From the NCBI GenBank assembly GCA_964551375.1, contig CAZKBG010000001.1, forward strand, positions 420,001-452,000: DNA of 32,000 nucleotides, read 5' to 3'. A model generated the notes under the pieces. It searched no databases. It had not been told where the DNA came from and was given only the letters and a program-made list of their open reading frames with translations. Of this stretch, positions 28,311 through 32,000 are shown one piece after another (within the stretch, counting starts at the first letter, position 1; each line of letters opens with the position of its first letter). The position numbers and the translations under genes are program-made. Origin of the DNA: an uncultured archaeon (GTDB lineage Archaea; Iainarchaeota; Iainarchaeia; Iainarchaeales; JAAZKV01).

Positions 28311-28459
28311 ATCCTTTGGTTAATTACTGCAAAATAAGAGCAGTTTAGAAAAAATTATTTAAAATTACTTTTGAGTCCCGCTTCTTGCAAGATACACAAC
28401 ATTCCCGCCGCTGTGACCCAACTCAATTAACTTTGCCCTGCTTAAAAAACCCCATTATA

Positions 28460-28702
28460 TTAAAGCATCCCTTTTGCGCCTTTCCTTATTTTTCTTAAAC
28501 ACTTCTTATGAAAATACTGGCCCGCCCAGTGCTTATCCGTAGGGGCTTTTCCGCACAAAGAACACTGTTCGTTATATTTTCCAACTCCTGCATCAGAAGA
28601 ATCATCATCTGAATCTTCTTTTTTCTCATCAGGCTTTTTGTTAAATAAATTTAAACCCATTAAATCACCTAAACCAAATAAATGTCCAACAAATTGAGTC
28701 AT
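28460..28702 (-). CDS. small zinc-finger-like protein
   Basis: CSLCGKAPTDKHWAGQYFHKKCLRKIRKG (CxxC...HxxC). Start may be MGLNLF at 28660. Confidence 0.7.
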   Translation of the reverse strand: MTQFVGHLFGLGDLMGLNLFNKKPDEKKEDSDDDSSDAGVGKYNEQCSLCGKAPTDKHWAGQYFHKKCLRKIRKGAKGML

Positions 28703-28710
28703 GCTTTAAT

Positions 28711-29226
28711 TTATTTTTCAACGCTCAACCCAAGCATCTTTATTGCCTTAAGCATTGTGCTCTTCATATTCTTATGCTTAAGCATCTTAACCGCCTCGGC
28801 GGGACTGCACCACTTAAAATCATCATGCTCAATAGTCTTCTCGCCTTTTGACGAATCCTGATTCTCAAAACTGATTTTATTATTGCTTGAAACGCGTATC
28901 AAAAAATTCTGAACGTGGCTTTCCATATTCCTTGAACTGTCAAAATAATACAACTCATCAACTTTCCCAAGCGCCTCATGCCGAGGAATGCTTGTCTCTT
29001 CAAACAATTCCCTCTTAATAGCACCCTCAATAGACTCGCCTTCATTAATTCCGCCTTTAGGAAACTCCCACCCAGACCAGTGAAGAACCCTATGGAGCAA
29101 TAAAAACTTCTCCCCGTCAAAAACAACAAGCCCAACAATCTCCCTATTCTTCGCTCCGCTTGCAATAGGCGCCGAACTAGTCTTATGCTTCTTTGACTTG
29201 ACAAAACTTCCCTCAGGATACATCAA
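28711..29226 (-). CDS. Nudix hydrolase
   Basis: Nudix box GGINEGESIEGAIKRELFEETSI. Confidence 0.93.
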   Translation of the reverse strand: MMYPEGSFVKSKKHKTSSAPIASGAKNREIVGLVVFDGEKFLLLHRVLHWSGWEFPKGGINEGESIEGAIKRELFEETSIPRHEALGKVDELYYFDSSRNMESHVQNFLIRVSSNNKISFENQDSSKGEKTIEHDDFKWCSPAEAVKMLKHKNMKSTMLKAIKMLGLSVEK

Positions 29227-29290
29227 AAACCTAGAAAATCATGAGTTAAAAATATAAAAACCCTGCTGAACACCCTATTTAGTGATAAAA

Positions 29291-30361
29291 ATGGCAAAAG
29301 TCTACTTTAAAGCAGTTGATTCATACAAAAACACTCAAGCAGTAAATGAAGCAGCAGCAGCCCTATTAAAGAAAATCCAAACAGAAGAACAATTGCTTGA
29401 CTTTAAAAAACCGATTCCAATAAAAGTTCACTTTGGAGAGGACAAATGCAACACTTACATCACTCCGCAAAACTTTGAAGGGCTGATTAATTACTTAAAA
29501 CAAGAAACAAAAACCCCTCAAAATTCAAAAGACAGCAAAAAAATATTTTTCACCGACACAAATGTGCTTTACAAAGGAAGAAGAACAACAAGAGACTCGC
29601 ACACAGCGCTCGCAAAAGAACACGGATTTACACAGCTCCCAATAATAATAGCCGACGGAGAAGCGGGCGAAGAATTTATTGAAGTGGATATTAAAGAAAC
29701 TAATTCAAAACACTTTGACTCATGCAAAATCGGAAAAATAATATCAGAAAATGAACAGCTGATAGTTCTTGCCCACTTCAAAGGACACATGCTTGCAGGA
29801 TTTGGAGGCGCGATAAAACAGCTTTCAATGGGATGCGCTTCACGCCCTGGAAAACTTGCAATGCACTCAAAATCAAAACCAATAATTAACCCGCTCAAAT
29901 GCAAAAAATGCATGACCTGCACAAAAAACTGCCCCGCAGACGCATGCATCATAAGCACAATTCCCCACATTGACGGAAAGAAATGCATCGGCTGCGCAAA
30001 ATGCATCGCAGTATGCCCGTTTGACGCAATAGACGCCAACTGGATAAGCACGCTTCAAAACGAATTCCTTGAAAAAATGGCTGAATACGCATACGCTGCC
30101 CAGAAAGGCAAGAAAGTAGTTTATATTAACTTTATTTTCAACGTGACAAAAGAATGCGACTGCATGGACAAAGCGCAAAAAATAATTGCAAAAGACATTG
30201 GAATCATGGCTTCAACCGACCCCGTGGCGCTTGATAAAGCAAGCCTTGAGATATTAGCGAAAAGCGAGAAACGAAAACTATTCGGCGGAGAGCATGTGTT
30301 TGAATATTCCGAAAAAATCGGGTTAGGGAATAGAAAATACGAACTGATAAACATGAACTAA
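29291..30361 (+). CDS. DUF362 domain protein with two 4Fe-4S ferredoxin motifs
   Basis: CKKCMTCTKNCPADACII and CIGCAKCIAVCPFDAI; DUF362-type N-terminus PIPIKVHFGED and AHFKGHMLAGFGGAIKQLSMGCASRPGK. Confidence 0.92.
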   Translation: MAKVYFKAVDSYKNTQAVNEAAAALLKKIQTEEQLLDFKKPIPIKVHFGEDKCNTYITPQNFEGLINYLKQETKTPQNSKDSKKIFFTDTNVLYKGRRTTRDSHTALAKEHGFTQLPIIIADGEAGEEFIEVDIKETNSKHFDSCKIGKIISENEQLIVLAHFKGHMLAGFGGAIKQLSMGCASRPGKLAMHSKSKPIINPLKCKKCMTCTKNCPADACIISTIPHIDGKKCIGCAKCIAVCPFDAIDANWISTLQNEFLEKMAEYAYAAQKGKKVVYINFIFNVTKECDCMDKAQKIIAKDIGIMASTDPVALDKASLEILAKSEKRKLFGGEHVFEYSEKIGLGNRKYELINMN

Positions 30362-30428
30362 CTTTTCAAAAGCAAGCATTTAGAACAAAACAATTACTTA
30401 TATTAATCCCTAAAACAAAGATGATATT

Positions 30429-31634
30429 ATGCCAAAAAAAGAACAAAACTTAAAAAATATCAAAAATACCAATAATGCAAACCAAAAAGAAGACAAAAAG
30501 ACAATGAAGGCATTCTCGATTGCGACTTTTTTAAACGATATGGGAAGCGACATGATAAACCCAATCTGGCCGATGTTTCTAACATCATTTCTTGGAATCA
30601 ACATGTCGCTTTTGGGACTGATTGACGGACTGGGAGACGCAATTGTATCAATTTCACAGGCAATAAGCGGATACTACTCCGACAGATTAAGAAAAAGAAA
30701 AATATTCATCTGGACAGGATACTTCTTCTCAGGAATAGCAAGACTCGGATACGCAATTTCAACCACTTGGCCGATGATAATACCTTTTAGAATAATTGAC
30801 CGCGCAGGAAAAATACGCGGAAGCCCAAGGGACGCAATGGTGGCGGATATTTCAACCGAAAAAAACAGGGGAAAGAATTTCGGGCTCCTAAGAACAATGG
30901 ACAACTTTGGCGCAGTAGCAGGAATTTTATTATGCTTATTTTTCATAAACATACTCGCGCTTGATTTGACAACAATTCTGTTAATCGCATCAATCCCCTC
31001 AATAATCGGCGCGGGAGCAGTAATATTTTTAATAAAAGAAAAAAAACTTGAGGGGTTAAAACTTTTCAAAGGACTCCAATTCAAAAACTTGAACAAAAAC
31101 TTCAAGCTGTTTGTGGTAATAAGCGCAGTATTTGCATTAGGCTCATTCAGCTACTCATTCTTACTGCTCTTCGCGAAGTACCTTGGATGGAATATAACAA
31201 CCGTGCCGATACTTTACTTAATTTTCACTCTTGCCGCAGCTTTTCTCTCGCTTCCCTTTGGAAAGCTTTCAGATAAAATAGGAAGAAAAAAAGTAATTTA
31301 CATTTCACTTGCGCTATGGGCATTAAGCTGCATATTATTCATCACCATGAGCGCATGGTGGATAATAGTAATTATATTTATCCTCTACGGACTTCACAAA
31401 GCAGCGCTTGAACCTGTGCAAAAAACCTTTGTGGCAGAACTTGCACCTGAAAAATTCAGGGCAAGCGCTCTTGGAGGCTTTCAAATGGTAATCGGACTCT
31501 GCGCGCTCCCCGCATCAGTAGTAGCAGGAATCCTCTGGGACAACATTAACCCGACAGCCCCGTTTATTCTTTCATTAGGACTCACAATAATTGCATTTGT
31601 GCTTTTAGTATTTGTAAAGGAAAATAAAAAATAA
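30429..31634 (+). CDS. MFS transporter
   Basis: About 12 hydrophobic segments; GYYSDRLRKRK and GKLSDKIGRKK loop 2-3 motifs in both halves. Confidence 0.92.
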   Translation: MPKKEQNLKNIKNTNNANQKEDKKTMKAFSIATFLNDMGSDMINPIWPMFLTSFLGINMSLLGLIDGLGDAIVSISQAISGYYSDRLRKRKIFIWTGYFFSGIARLGYAISTTWPMIIPFRIIDRAGKIRGSPRDAMVADISTEKNRGKNFGLLRTMDNFGAVAGILLCLFFINILALDLTTILLIASIPSIIGAGAVIFLIKEKKLEGLKLFKGLQFKNLNKNFKLFVVISAVFALGSFSYSFLLLFAKYLGWNITTVPILYLIFTLAAAFLSLPFGKLSDKIGRKKVIYISLALWALSCILFITMSAWWIIVIIFILYGLHKAALEPVQKTFVAELAPEKFRASALGGFQMVIGLCALPASVVAGILWDNINPTAPFILSLGLTIIAFVLLVFVKENKK

Positions 31635-31670
31635 AAAGCTTTTTAAAAACTAATTGAAAAAAATAAGAAT

Positions 31671-31741
31671 AGCCCCTCCCAGATTCGAACTGGGGTCCTA
31701 GGCTTCAAAGGCCTATGTCCTTAGCCGCTAGACGAAGGGGC
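31671..31741 (-). tRNA. tRNA-Gln (TTG anticodon)
   Basis: GCCCCTT acceptor pairs with GAGGGGC; anticodon arm TAGGC-CTTTGAA-GCCTA; T arm GGTTCGAATC-like. Confidence 0.93.
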
Positions 31742-31869
31742 TTGCTAATTAGCTAACACAATTACGATTGTAAAATAATTGATTATGGGTAGCAATTTAA
31801 AGCTTTTCATGAACTAATTTTTATGTAATATAAGGTGAGCCAGAGGCAATCTTAGATAATTAAGCAAAA

Positions 31870-31943
31870 GGGCGGTTAGCTTAGCTGGTTGGAGCACACG
31901 ACTGATAATCGTGCGGTCGGGAGTTCAAATCTCCCACTGCCCA
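31870..31943 (+). tRNA. tRNA-Ile (GAT anticodon)
   Basis: GGGCGGT acceptor pairs with ACTGCCC; anticodon arm CACGA-CTGATAA-TCGTG; T arm GGGAG-TTCAAAT-CTCCC. Confidence 0.95.
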
Positions 31944-32000
31944 CTATTTTATTCAGCATTCTTAAATTTCCAAGTCACTTCTCTTGCAATAACCATAATG

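Noticed and set aside
1-32000. CRISPR arrays, transposases or phage genes
   Set aside because: No regularly spaced repeats, IS-type terminal repeats with transposase, or phage structural genes were seen by eye.

Overview
The window is an AT-rich archaeal chromosome segment. The archaeal calls are GatD/GatE, a TadA/FlaI-type ATPase, class III signal peptides, EndA and an archaeal C/D box sRNA; a DPANN-like lineage is inference only. The left 12.7 kb is a type IV pilus (Tad/archaellum-like) locus. It has a secretion ATPase, two tandem TadB/TadC-type membrane proteins and a major pilin on the + strand. Opposing it is a six-gene minus-strand cassette of pilin-like or minor-pilin proteins. A KaiC/FlaH-like ATPase and two degenerate RecA-like proteins flank it. 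The rest encodes EndA, a UspA-like protein, a PIN protein, GNAT, SIMPL, alpha/beta hydrolase, DNA ligase, an ABC exporter, GatD, GatE, Nudix, DUF362-ferredoxin, MFS and three tRNAs. The main items not explained by the ORF track are: (i) a 58-aa alpha3-truncated histone gene at 12869-13045; (ii) a canonical C/D box sRNA at about 13251-13308; (iii) an EndA that seems to lack the catalytic Lys; (iv) a partial duplication of the gatE 5' end separated by a GC-rich 55-nt insert; (v) a possible LAGLIDADG remnant beside tRNA-Pro; (vi) the coordinated pilin-like cassette. All family calls come from motif reading and no database search was run.
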